From an uncultured Methanosarcinales archaeon (GTDB taxonomy: Archaea > Nanobdellota > Nanobdellia > Woesearchaeales > JAGVZT01), in NCBI GenBank assembly GCA_964354685.1, contig CAYHAM010000001.1, positions 2,284-66,283 on the forward strand: a stretch of DNA of 64,000 nucleotides, read 5' to 3'. Positions 10,119 through 19,336 of the stretch are shown here, piece by piece. The position numbers were made by a program, and so were the translations under genes. The notes beneath the pieces are model-generated. The model had not been told where the DNA came from. It was given only the letters and a program-made list of their open reading frames with translations, and did not search any database. Numbering within the stretch: position 1 is the first letter of the stretch; each line of letters begins with the position of its first letter.

Positions 10119-11609
10119 TTATCTGAGTTGAAATGGAACCTTAAGTTTCTGCAATGCTTTTACTAACTCTATTTGATATCCCTGCTCACTTCTATTTGAA
10201 GAATAAATCATTTTATTTGGGTCTTGGACTAATAATGTTAATCTTTGTGGGGGGATGGGTTTATTAGTGAAAATAACATATTCTGTATCACCTCGTCCCC
10301 TTGTACCTTCTTCTCCTTCAAACACGCAATAACCATTACAATTCCAAGATATTAATGCGTGCATACCTCCATATTGGTCATGTGGTTTAACATAAAAAAA
10401 TCTATTTCCAATTACATTTACCCCGAAAAATGAACCATGTGTTTTCGTTTCAGTTGGACTAATTCCTTTGATTATTATATCTCTTAGTTTTTCAGCATAC
10501 TGCCAAGCTTCCGCTCTACCTATGTCACGATGGTGAAGACGTGCAAAAATTCCTGCATAAGCAATAAGGTTGCTTCGGGTCCCCCTTAACTGATAATGCC
10601 CGATTTCAGTTCTATAAATAGAAGTGAAAGATATAAAAGCTTTAGGATCAGATTTGACGTATTTTAAAAAGGATTCTTGCATACCCTCTTGATTATTGGA
10701 GTCATAGTGCCTTTTGAACTCTATCAGGAATTGCCTCCTTCTTTCCAAGCGATTGATGTCAGACAACCAAGATTGATATATGTTGCTTAGAGTTTGCTTT
10801 GGTTTCAAATAATCTGGAATATTATTCTGCAACAAATATTCTTCATTATAAATTTTCCTTAGGCTTGAATCAAATCCCTCAATTGCTTCTAATAATCCTT
10901 TGTATAGAGAGATTACATCTTTTAAAGTGTCAATTTCTGCCTGAAAAGTTATTTTAGCAACTCTAGGTAGAGTTCTATCACGAGTAATAGCTCCTACTGA
11001 ATGGGGTGCCTTTTCTATTTTTTGGATTAATTTCTCATATTCTGCTTTGATTCTGTCCTCTTTTTGTTTCATAAAATAAAGGCTTTTCTCTAGCCTTATT
11101 ATAACGTTTCTCTCAAAAAAGACAAGTTGTTTTTGTAAACTATCTAACAAGATTAATAGAATATCCATGATTTTTCCAGCATCTTTTTCTTTCACAATTT
11201 GTACTAATAAGGGGAAAAGTGTATCGCTCTGATATTTACCAAACTGTATAACATTTTCTTTAACCTTTTTAAAATAGCCTCTGTAGGATATTTTTGAAAA
11301 TTTGATCTGATAAGTAGATAATTTAGTGACCATTGAATTGGGATTGCTTGAATCAAAAATAAAGAGTGTTCTCTTCAAATCTTCTACAAATTCATAAAGT
11401 GTATTCTTTCTTCCACCTGAAAAATAATCCTGTTCTTCTGTATATTTAATTATAAGAGACAAAATTTTATCTAATACAGAAAGGTTAGGGTCAAATTCCT
11501 GCCTAACAATATTTGTAAGATCTCTTAGTTTAGAGATATGTTCTCTGCACTTTACAGCTTTTTCTATTATTGCCTCTTTATTCTTTGATTTTCCTAATCG
11601 ACCAAACAT
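10119..11609 (-). CDS. Hypothetical protein: helical N-terminus plus possible ADP-ribosyltransferase-fold C-terminal domain
   Basis: 496 aa ORF; C-terminal LHHRD...IIIKGISP...GSFFG...EYVIF...IPP pattern. Confidence 0.55.
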   Translation of the reverse strand: MFGRLGKSKNKEAIIEKAVKCREHISKLRDLTNIVRQEFDPNLSVLDKILSLIIKYTEEQDYFSGGRKNTLYEFVEDLKRTLFIFDSSNPNSMVTKLSTYQIKFSKISYRGYFKKVKENVIQFGKYQSDTLFPLLVQIVKEKDAGKIMDILLILLDSLQKQLVFFERNVIIRLEKSLYFMKQKEDRIKAEYEKLIQKIEKAPHSVGAITRDRTLPRVAKITFQAEIDTLKDVISLYKGLLEAIEGFDSSLRKIYNEEYLLQNNIPDYLKPKQTLSNIYQSWLSDINRLERRRQFLIEFKRHYDSNNQEGMQESFLKYVKSDPKAFISFTSIYRTEIGHYQLRGTRSNLIAYAGIFARLHHRDIGRAEAWQYAEKLRDIIIKGISPTETKTHGSFFGVNVIGNRFFYVKPHDQYGGMHALISWNCNGYCVFEGEEGTRGRGDTEYVIFTNKPIPPQRLTLLVQDPNKMIYSSNRSEQGYQIELVKALQKLKVPFQLR

Positions 11610-11666
11610 GTTTTCAATTAAAAGTTCAGAATTTATTAATTTTTCTTTTTCAGTTTAGATATATAC

Positions 11667-13316
11667 CTATCTCAAAGCTTCAAAAATTTCTGTTAGGTTT
11701 AGCTCTACTGCAGAAACAGGCATATCAAGATCAAAGTTGCTAAGCACTTGCGGGTGTATTTCTCCTATGTAACCAATTTTTTTGTTTTTTACAAAAATCT
11801 TTCCCACCCTGCCTGGTATAAAGGATTTGTGCTCTGTGTCATCAATCTTGCATTCAAGTCCTAATGTGTTAAGAAGGTATTCCATAAACTGCTTAACCTC
11901 AGTGTAATCAGCATCCTTGTGGCTGGTTATTATTGCTAATCTAACTGGCTCTTCAACACCTGTTTCTGTTTTTGGATTTTTCTTGAAAACTGTACCAATC
12001 TCAAACAACTTCTGAGGATATTCATGGTGCTTGTTCTCCTTTAATACTTGTATTAAATTAGGGATTATCCATGCTCTTAGCACGTTATATTCTTTGCTTT
12101 TGGAGTTTTTTATTTTAATCAAATCAAGGTTTAGGCTGGTGTTCTTGTTTTGATTGTCTTCATTGGTTAAATGGTATGAGCTTGCCTCCAGCAGACCCAG
12201 GCCAACAAGGATTCTTGCAACTTTTATTGTGAATTTATAGAATTCGTCCTCTTCTGCTATTGTTGCAACTTTAGGGATTATTGGCTTAAAGTTTTCAAAA
12301 CCATAAGCTATTGCTATGTCTTCAACAAAGTCTACCTCATGTAATATGTCTGCCCTGTATGCTGGCACTAGCACTTTTTTATTAGAATAACCAAAACCCA
12401 TCCTCTCCAAAAGCTTCTTGAGTTGAGGTTGGTTTAGTTTTAATCCAAGTTTCTTATTAACATAATCTAAGTTTAGCTTCATCTGTCTTGGTTTTAGATT
12501 AGGGGTAACAATAGTTTTGTCTGGGTAAACAAGTTTCATTGAGTAGATATCAGCACCCATATCTGCAATTGTTGTAACTATTATATTAAGCACCATGTTA
12601 CATGTGTTGAAATCAAAGCCTGATACCTCAATAAATGCCTCCTTTGTTTTCTCTGTTATCTTACCGGTTAGATGAGAATTGATTATTGGTGTAAAACTCA
12701 GTACTTGTTTTTTTGAATCAATAAAGATTGCATATTTTTTTAGTCCTTCAACAAGGTGTGCATACTCTTTGCCTGTTGGATGTTTTTGTAGGATTTGGGT
12801 TGCATTTAGCTCTGTTGGCCATTCCAATGGCCTAAAAACTATATCTTCTGGTTTGCTGCATGTGAATCTTATAGGTGGTATAATTTTTTCTAGAGGGTAT
12901 ATGCCCATTGCTGCCTTTTTTCTGTTTCTGCAAAATGTTATGTGGAGTTTTTCTTGTATTTCAATTAACTCTTTTATTTTTTGATCATCTAGTTTAAGGT
13001 TTTTTACAATTGCGCATACAGTGTATGGTCTAATATTTTTCATTGATTTATCTATTACAACCTTGTGGCCTGAGGGCTTTACATTGTATTTTATTAGCCC
13101 TGTTTTAACACCAATAAAAGATCTTAGCGCACGAGCAAACCCTTGCTCTGAGAGCATGTCTGGTCTATTGGGAAAAACCTCAACAACTATCTCTTCTTTT
13201 GTAATGCTTTCTAGGTCTGTTCCAAGCATTGCTATTCTGCTCTTCAAATTTTCATCAGATAGCTTTTTTCCAATAATCTTGTCTACAACCCTTCTGTTTA
13301 TTGTTATTGTTGGCAT
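11667..13316 (-). CDS. pheT: Phenylalanine--tRNA ligase beta subunit
   Basis: PNRPDMLS, YRADILHEVDFVEDIAIAYG, GEIHPQVL. Confidence 0.97.
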   Translation of the reverse strand: MPTITINRRVVDKIIGKKLSDENLKSRIAMLGTDLESITKEEIVVEVFPNRPDMLSEQGFARALRSFIGVKTGLIKYNVKPSGHKVVIDKSMKNIRPYTVCAIVKNLKLDDQKIKELIEIQEKLHITFCRNRKKAAMGIYPLEKIIPPIRFTCSKPEDIVFRPLEWPTELNATQILQKHPTGKEYAHLVEGLKKYAIFIDSKKQVLSFTPIINSHLTGKITEKTKEAFIEVSGFDFNTCNMVLNIIVTTIADMGADIYSMKLVYPDKTIVTPNLKPRQMKLNLDYVNKKLGLKLNQPQLKKLLERMGFGYSNKKVLVPAYRADILHEVDFVEDIAIAYGFENFKPIIPKVATIAEEDEFYKFTIKVARILVGLGLLEASSYHLTNEDNQNKNTSLNLDLIKIKNSKSKEYNVLRAWIIPNLIQVLKENKHHEYPQKLFEIGTVFKKNPKTETGVEEPVRLAIITSHKDADYTEVKQFMEYLLNTLGLECKIDDTEHKSFIPGRVGKIFVKNKKIGYIGEIHPQVLSNFDLDMPVSAVELNLTEIFEALR

Positions 13317-13318
13317 TT

Positions 13319-14857
13319 TTACAGCAACCAGGTTTTTATCTCCCTTAATTTTTTTATATCGTTTTTGTACAAATCTCTAATATCATTTATCTTGTAGTAT
13401 TCTAAGATTGACCTCTCTAGGCCAAGCCCCCAGGCTAGCACTGGAATATCTTCTCCTAGCAAGGGTTTTACTACCTCTGGTCTAAATATTCCAGAACCAC
13501 CAAGCTCAATCCATTTTTTCTTTGTAGGATGAAAAACATCAACCTCTGCACTTGGCTCTGTGTAGGGAAAATAACCAGGACGAACCCTTGCTTTAGGGTA
13601 TCCCATCTTCTTGAAGAACTCAATCAGATATCCTTTGAGATGCTTGAAGTTTGCATTAGGATCAACAACAATACCCTCTACTTGTATAAGTTCTATTAGG
13701 TGTGACCAATCTGATGTTTCGTTTCTAAAGTTTTTTCCAACAGAGAAGAACTTTGCTGGCAAGTCTTTTTTTTTCAGTGTTGAAATTGTTCTTGCACTCA
13801 ATACAGTGGTGTGTGTTCTAAGAACATTCTTCATTGCATCCTCTGGGTCCCATTTGTATTGCCAACCAATTGAGCCGGTATTGCCTCCATTCTCATGAGC
13901 TCTTTTAACTTTTTCAACAATTTCTTTGTTTGGCAGTTTCCCTTTTTCAGGTTCTTTTAAGTAGAATGTGTCTTGCAGCTCTCTAACAGGATGGTCTTGT
14001 GCTGTAAACAATGCGTCAAAGTTCCAGAAACTTGTTTGAACCATAGTGCCTTTCATCTCCTCAAAACCTAGTTCTATCCATATTCGCCTTGCGTACTCAA
14101 CTGCAAGGTTGACAAAGTGGTGTTTGCCACCATATATTCTCGGCACATTAATTTTTATATCATAACCCCTAAAATCCTTTCCTTTCCAAGATCCTGTTTT
14201 TAGTATAGAGGTTGTTAAGTGGTCAACAACCTGTTTTGATTCTCCCTTTTTCTTAATGACCTCTTTTCCAAGATCTGTTAGTTCAACAACTATTGCCTTT
14301 GTTTCTATTACCTTTATTATCTGCTTTCTCTTCTTTAGTTCAGTGAATGCTTGGCTTTCTTCTGGTTTGAGTAAGGAGATGGGTTTTCCATTTTCCACGT
14401 TTTTAAGGAATTTTTCTTCCAGGCTTTCTTTATCTAGAAGCTGTTTGCCAGAATCTGTTAGCTCAATAACCAAGCCATTGTCTTTTTTTATTGATATTGC
14501 TGCTTTTCTCTTTAGTATGCCTAATGAGATGTTGAGCTCCTCTTTGCTGAGCTTTGCTTTTGCTTTAATTTCTTCTAAGGGAAGCTGTTTGTGTTTTAAT
14601 GCAAGAAGAAACCTTTTTTCAGGCAAACCTTGTTTCAAATACTCAATCCCATTTTTGTCCAGGCCAACAATATCCTCTCTTGTCTTCTTTATTTCTATTA
14701 GCTCTTTGTTTTGGAGCCATTGCAGTGCCCTCATTACCTCTATCTTTTTTAAGCCTGATGCTTTTGTTATCTCTTCAAAGGTTTTGTGTTCAGAAAGGTG
14801 TGGAAGGACAACTCTTTCCAGCATGTGTAGTTTTGTTATGATTTTATCAGTATCCAT
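13319..14857 (-). CDS. pheS: Phenylalanine--tRNA ligase alpha subunit (archaeal long form)
   Basis: FWNFDALF, QDHPVRELQDTF, LRTHTT, YFPYTEPS, GSGIFRPE, AWGLGLER. Confidence 0.97.
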   Translation of the reverse strand: MDTDKIITKLHMLERVVLPHLSEHKTFEEITKASGLKKIEVMRALQWLQNKELIEIKKTREDIVGLDKNGIEYLKQGLPEKRFLLALKHKQLPLEEIKAKAKLSKEELNISLGILKRKAAISIKKDNGLVIELTDSGKQLLDKESLEEKFLKNVENGKPISLLKPEESQAFTELKKRKQIIKVIETKAIVVELTDLGKEVIKKKGESKQVVDHLTTSILKTGSWKGKDFRGYDIKINVPRIYGGKHHFVNLAVEYARRIWIELGFEEMKGTMVQTSFWNFDALFTAQDHPVRELQDTFYLKEPEKGKLPNKEIVEKVKRAHENGGNTGSIGWQYKWDPEDAMKNVLRTHTTVLSARTISTLKKKDLPAKFFSVGKNFRNETSDWSHLIELIQVEGIVVDPNANFKHLKGYLIEFFKKMGYPKARVRPGYFPYTEPSAEVDVFHPTKKKWIELGGSGIFRPEVVKPLLGEDIPVLAWGLGLERSILEYYKINDIRDLYKNDIKKLREIKTWLL

Positions 14858-15033
14858 TGTGTTTTCCTTATTTTTGGTTTTATTTATATGTTTTGCTTTT
14901 TATCACCTATTTTTATTATAGAGTAAACAAAAATGGAAATGGAGGTTTAGTAATCTAAACCTGCGTCTAAAAAAAGAATTTCAGAAACTTGAAGTAACTT
15001 ATTGAATCTATTTTAAGAAAATAAAAAAAAAGT

Positions 15034-15861
15034 TTATTTTTTTACTGCCTTAAGAACATCTTTGGCAGGCTTCATGTCCTTCCAAGCAAGCTCAAAGAGG
15101 TCTTCAAGAGCAGAAGCAAAGAATGGTGTGTTTACCCAGATACCTACATCATATGTTGGATGCACCTCTTTGTCATCAAGAACCATGAATGTTAGTTCTT
15201 TTCCATCTATTATTATGAATCTTGCTTTAGAGTTGGTATGCCTGACCTCAGCAACCTCACCTAGGTCTTTTATTGCATTCATACACTCTTTTGTTAGTGG
15301 AGCTGCTATCCTTATTTTCACACCTCTTTTCTTCACCTTTTCAAACACGGGTTTTAAACCCTCAATTTTTCTGATTAGGCCTTGAGTGGTTGTCATTATT
15401 GTAACAGATTTCTCTGCCCCTTTTACTGTTAGTTCTAAATGGTTGTACAGATTGTGCCTTCCCTTTAAAGAACCTGACAAATCCGAGGGTTCAACAAGCT
15501 CTATGCCTTGTGTGTGAAGCTGTTTTAGTTCATCCAATACCTCTGTGCCTTTCAGCTCATCAAGGCGCTTTATCTTTACATCTGCATCTTGTCTCATGTT
15601 CTTCTTTACTCTTTCCACAACCTCAGAAGGAGGAACAGCCAAGTATTTTATGGGTTTGCCAAACTTCATAATAACAAAGCCTTTTTTCTCAAGACTTTCT
15701 AGAACATCATAGCTTCTTGACCTTGGTACATTTGCAATATCGCTTAATTCTCCTGCTGTAGATACTCCTCTTGACAACAACGCTGTCCAAATCTTAACTT
15801 CATATAGGTTGAGAGAAAAATAAAGTCTTAACTTGCTCAAAAATTCTTCTTTAACGATCAT
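15034..15861 (-). CDS. TrmB-family transcriptional regulator/chromatin protein (paralog 1)
   Basis: LNLYEVKIWTALL...STAGELSDIANVPRSRSYDVLESLEKKGF wHTH plus PLD-like C-terminal domain. Confidence 0.92.
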   Translation of the reverse strand: MIVKEEFLSKLRLYFSLNLYEVKIWTALLSRGVSTAGELSDIANVPRSRSYDVLESLEKKGFVIMKFGKPIKYLAVPPSEVVERVKKNMRQDADVKIKRLDELKGTEVLDELKQLHTQGIELVEPSDLSGSLKGRHNLYNHLELTVKGAEKSVTIMTTTQGLIRKIEGLKPVFEKVKKRGVKIRIAAPLTKECMNAIKDLGEVAEVRHTNSKARFIIIDGKELTFMVLDDKEVHPTYDVGIWVNTPFFASALEDLFELAWKDMKPAKDVLKAVKK

Positions 15862-15871
15862 TTGCTCCCCT

Positions 15872-15901
15872 CCAACTAATTAATTACCAACTAATTAATT
15901 A
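15872..15901. repeat. 15-nt perfect tandem duplication (CCAACTAATTAATTA x2) just upstream of the trmB-1 RBS
   Basis: Seen directly at 15872-15886 and 15887-15901. Confidence 0.85.
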
Positions 15902-16088
15902 TATAGTGAATATCAATCTAATAAATATAACTAATATTAATATGTTATGCTTTTTTGTGTCATTACCCAGTGTTTATTACATCGGGTAAGGGGGCGTCAC
16001 TAACTAGTGATGGTGCTGACCACAATATTTTAACATCCCCTTCCAATAGTAAAATACAACCAATATTTAAATGTTGCTCTTCAAAACC

Positions 16089-17150
16089 TTAGCTGATCTT
16101 GTATCTTAATATAGCAGCTATACCCCCTAAACCATCTAGCTTCTTGCCTGCTTGGTTTTTTGAGTTTATTATATGTATTTCCCCTTTCATTGATTCAACC
16201 AATCTAACAATCTTGTCAATCTCTAAAAATGTGCCCTCTTGCCTTTTTTGATGTATAAAATTTGTGGACACAAGCAGTTCTGATATCGCACCGATTTCTG
16301 CGGCTTGTTTTGTTTGCTCAAGGCCATAAACTTCAAGGTTGTTTTTTGCTATTTCTTCAAGCAATGATTCTACAAGTTTTAGCTCCTTTGTTGTTCGCTC
16401 TCTACTCAAAACGTTTTTTACCTCAGGTCTTTTCAAAACTTCGTCTATTGCTTCTTCACCAACCGCATTACAAGTTGCTAATGTTATCTTTTGTTTTAGC
16501 TCATCATCTTTTATTTGTTTTAATAACTCCTGTTTCCAGAATGCTGGGCTTGCTAAGATTATTTGTTTTATTTGGTAACGATCAACATAATCATTTAATT
16601 GCCTTATTATTTGAGTGTAAAATACCGATTCTTTTATCTCGGCATCATCTTTTTTGCTAACATCTCCCTCGAGGTTGGATAACACTTTGTAACCTTGCTT
16701 TTTTAGGAGCGCGAAGCCTGCGTTTTCCCTATCAAGGGTACATATTAAAATTTTAAGGTCCTTTTCTACAGACGCCTCTTTTAATCTCTCAATCTGGTAA
16801 TTGAGCCAGTGGTCTTTAATTATTGTAATTGTGTCACCAATACCTGTTCCAAATGTGTGGTGGCTTGCTTTTGTAACATCCTCTGGGCCTTCTTCAACTG
16901 TGCCTGAAACCCTAAGAACATCTGAATATTCATGAAATCCAACTTTATCAACCTTTATCTTTAGGTACACTGGCCTTTTTTTAATACCCTTTGTTTGCTC
17001 ATCTTTACCAATAAGTTTTATTTTTCTTATTGTTTTTCCTTTTACAAAATCTCCTGGATCAATTAATTGAGATAGATACCACAGATCATCAATATCTTCT
17101 ACTTTAACTACAGCTTCTCCATGCTTGAAGTCTTTTTTTAGAATTCTCAT
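16089..17150 (-). CDS. pelA: mRNA surveillance protein Pelota (Dom34)
   Basis: DDLWYLSQLIDPGD, LRVSG, HHT, ASPAFWK, GKKLDGLGGIAAILRY; ATG at 17150. Confidence 0.95.
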   Translation of the reverse strand: MRILKKDFKHGEAVVKVEDIDDLWYLSQLIDPGDFVKGKTIRKIKLIGKDEQTKGIKKRPVYLKIKVDKVGFHEYSDVLRVSGTVEEGPEDVTKASHHTFGTGIGDTITIIKDHWLNYQIERLKEASVEKDLKILICTLDRENAGFALLKKQGYKVLSNLEGDVSKKDDAEIKESVFYTQIIRQLNDYVDRYQIKQIILASPAFWKQELLKQIKDDELKQKITLATCNAVGEEAIDEVLKRPEVKNVLSRERTTKELKLVESLLEEIAKNNLEVYGLEQTKQAAEIGAISELLVSTNFIHQKRQEGTFLEIDKIVRLVESMKGEIHIINSKNQAGKKLDGLGGIAAILRYKIS

Positions 17151-17157
17151 TTTACAC

Positions 17158-17997
17158 TTATACAAATTGATATGCTTCTCTCAACTCTGGTGTTCTTTTT
17201 ATCTTTTCAATAGATTTGTCTATGCTTTTAATTTGTGTTTCTAGGTCATTATTTAAACTTATTGCAGAGTCTCTTGCAACTTTCAGTTTATTTTTATCCT
17301 TACTTGACATTGAGCTTTCTATTTGGCTTATATCATAATTAATCTCTTCTTTCATTTTCTGTGCCATTCTGCTGATCTCTGATTCCGGATTCTGTTGTGG
17401 ATTAACCCTCCTTAATATATAATCACGATTTTGTTTTATCTTTGTTAGTATATCTTCTATCTCCTCCTTAAAGACTTCCATCATACCTTCATTCCCTTCT
17501 TTTAATGCATCTACTGGGTCTTCTTTTTCCAGCAATTTTTGCATTCTTTTGATTCTGTTATGTATTCGATGAAATAATAACGCAGAAAGCCCAAGCTCTT
17601 GTACTGTTCTTTGTTCTTGTTTTAATTCCATAAGTTCTCTTCTAGCTTGCTTATATTTTGCAAACATAAACCTCATTATGATTGTTGATGGTATGAAGTT
17701 TGTTACATAATCAAAACCAGGGATAAAGTTTGCTGCCTCTATTGCCACAAATAATGCCACATAATCACCACTAACCTTTCTCTCTTTGTAAAAGATATAT
17801 AAGGCTGCAATCCAATCCCCCCAGTCTAATCCAATAGCTCCTCCAAGTGGTTCATCAATAAAACTTAGAACAATGTCTAGAATGTCTAATATTAATGCGT
17901 CAAGATATTGACTGATGCGTTTGCCAAAAAGGATAGAAAACACTAATATAACTAATCCGCCTAAACCAAAAGCAACCAGAAGTGTATCACTAACCAT
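17158..17997 (-). CDS. Hypothetical membrane protein with C-terminal coiled coil
   Basis: Hydrophobic N-terminal half (DILDI, FIPGFD, FIPS) and helical charged C-terminal half. Confidence 0.7.
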   Translation of the reverse strand: MVSDTLLVAFGLGGLVILVFSILFGKRISQYLDALILDILDIVLSFIDEPLGGAIGLDWGDWIAALYIFYKERKVSGDYVALFVAIEAANFIPGFDYVTNFIPSTIIMRFMFAKYKQARRELMELKQEQRTVQELGLSALLFHRIHNRIKRMQKLLEKEDPVDALKEGNEGMMEVFKEEIEDILTKIKQNRDYILRRVNPQQNPESEISRMAQKMKEEINYDISQIESSMSSKDKNKLKVARDSAISLNNDLETQIKSIDKSIEKIKRTPELREAYQFV

Positions 17998-18109
17998 GCT
18001 TTGATTTAAAAACAAGGGGTTTTTATAGTTTTCTGTATACAGGTGGCTAAAAAATAGAAAAAGATTTATATATCACGAGTTTTAAGGTTAGTTATTGAGG
18101 TGATAGTTG

Positions 18110-19303
18110 ATGTTCAAGAAAAAGGGGCAATCTGCAAATGCTGCTGGTGCTGCTGTTCTTATTTTAATAATAATGCTTGTTATTATAATGTATGTGCTAT
18201 TCCTCCCTCCTTCTGATAGGGAGGAACTTTTAAGAGGTAATGAAACTGAAGAGAATGGAGATAAAGAGAACATACTTGAGGAAAATGAATCTATCCTTCT
18301 AGAAGAGCAACCTGGTAGATTGGATTACATCGCTGAAAGAGAATATGAACACAACATACCTTCTTTTTTCTTATACAAAACAACAAATGCTGTTGAGCTC
18401 AAGAAGATAAACCCTTTTGTTGTTAGGAATGCTGTTTTTGATAGAAAGAGCTATAACACAACCTTTTTTATCCAAGACCTGGAGAATACAAAGAATGTTG
18501 TGCTCAGCTTCCAAGCTAAAAAACATTCTGGGATTCTCACAATACGCTTGAATGGGGATGTTATTTTTGATGGTGAGATAACAACATTTAATGTAGAGCC
18601 AATCAGCTTACCTTTTGAGTCTTTGCAAGAGAAGAACATACTTGATTTTTCTGTCTCTGAAGTTGGGTGGCAGTTCTGGAAATCAAATGAATACCAATTG
18701 GAAAATATTCGGGTAATTGCAGATGTTACAGATATTAGCAGGCAAGAGAGCAACAACGTGTTCTATATCACAAGCATTGAAGCAGAGAATGTGGAGAGGG
18801 CTTGGATAAAGTTCTCACCAGAGTGCGTACCAGATGTTGTTGGAACATTAGAGTTGTTTATCAATAACCGCATTGTTTTCTCTGGTGTGCCTGATTGCGG
18901 GATTTTGAACACTCATGAGTTTGCACCAGACCTTTTGTTAACAGGCTCTAACAATGTTGTTTTCAAAACAGGAGAGGGCTCTTACTTGATTGATTTGATA
19001 GAAGTAAAAACAAATCTAAAAGAGACACCATATGTTGTTTATTATTTTGAACTCAACTCTTCGCAATATGATGATATACTACATGACGAGCTTAATGTTA
19101 ACCTGACTTTTGAGTTTGTTGAAGAGGGTGACTTAAAAGAGGCGAAGCTAATCATCAATGGTCATGAAACAGGGCTTTATACAAGAGAAAGGATTTATTC
19201 AAAGGTTATTGATGCTTATATCCAGAAAGATAACAATGCTTTAAAAATTGTTCCAAAAGAGACTTTGGATATTATCAAGCTAACAATAAGACTGGATGAT
19301 TAG
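18110..19303 (+). CDS. Secreted protein with class III (archaeal type IV pilin-like) signal peptide
   Basis: MFKKKGQ followed by a hydrophobic stretch; beta-rich body; GAGGTGA RBS upstream. Confidence 0.75.
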   Translation: MFKKKGQSANAAGAAVLILIIMLVIIMYVLFLPPSDREELLRGNETEENGDKENILEENESILLEEQPGRLDYIAEREYEHNIPSFFLYKTTNAVELKKINPFVVRNAVFDRKSYNTTFFIQDLENTKNVVLSFQAKKHSGILTIRLNGDVIFDGEITTFNVEPISLPFESLQEKNILDFSVSEVGWQFWKSNEYQLENIRVIADVTDISRQESNNVFYITSIEAENVERAWIKFSPECVPDVVGTLELFINNRIVFSGVPDCGILNTHEFAPDLLLTGSNNVVFKTGEGSYLIDLIEVKTNLKETPYVVYYFELNSSQYDDILHDELNVNLTFEFVEEGDLKEAKLIINGHETGLYTRERIYSKVIDAYIQKDNNALKIVPKETLDIIKLTIRLDD

Positions 19304-19336
19304 GTTTGTTCTTGGATAAAAAGAGGTATATAAACA

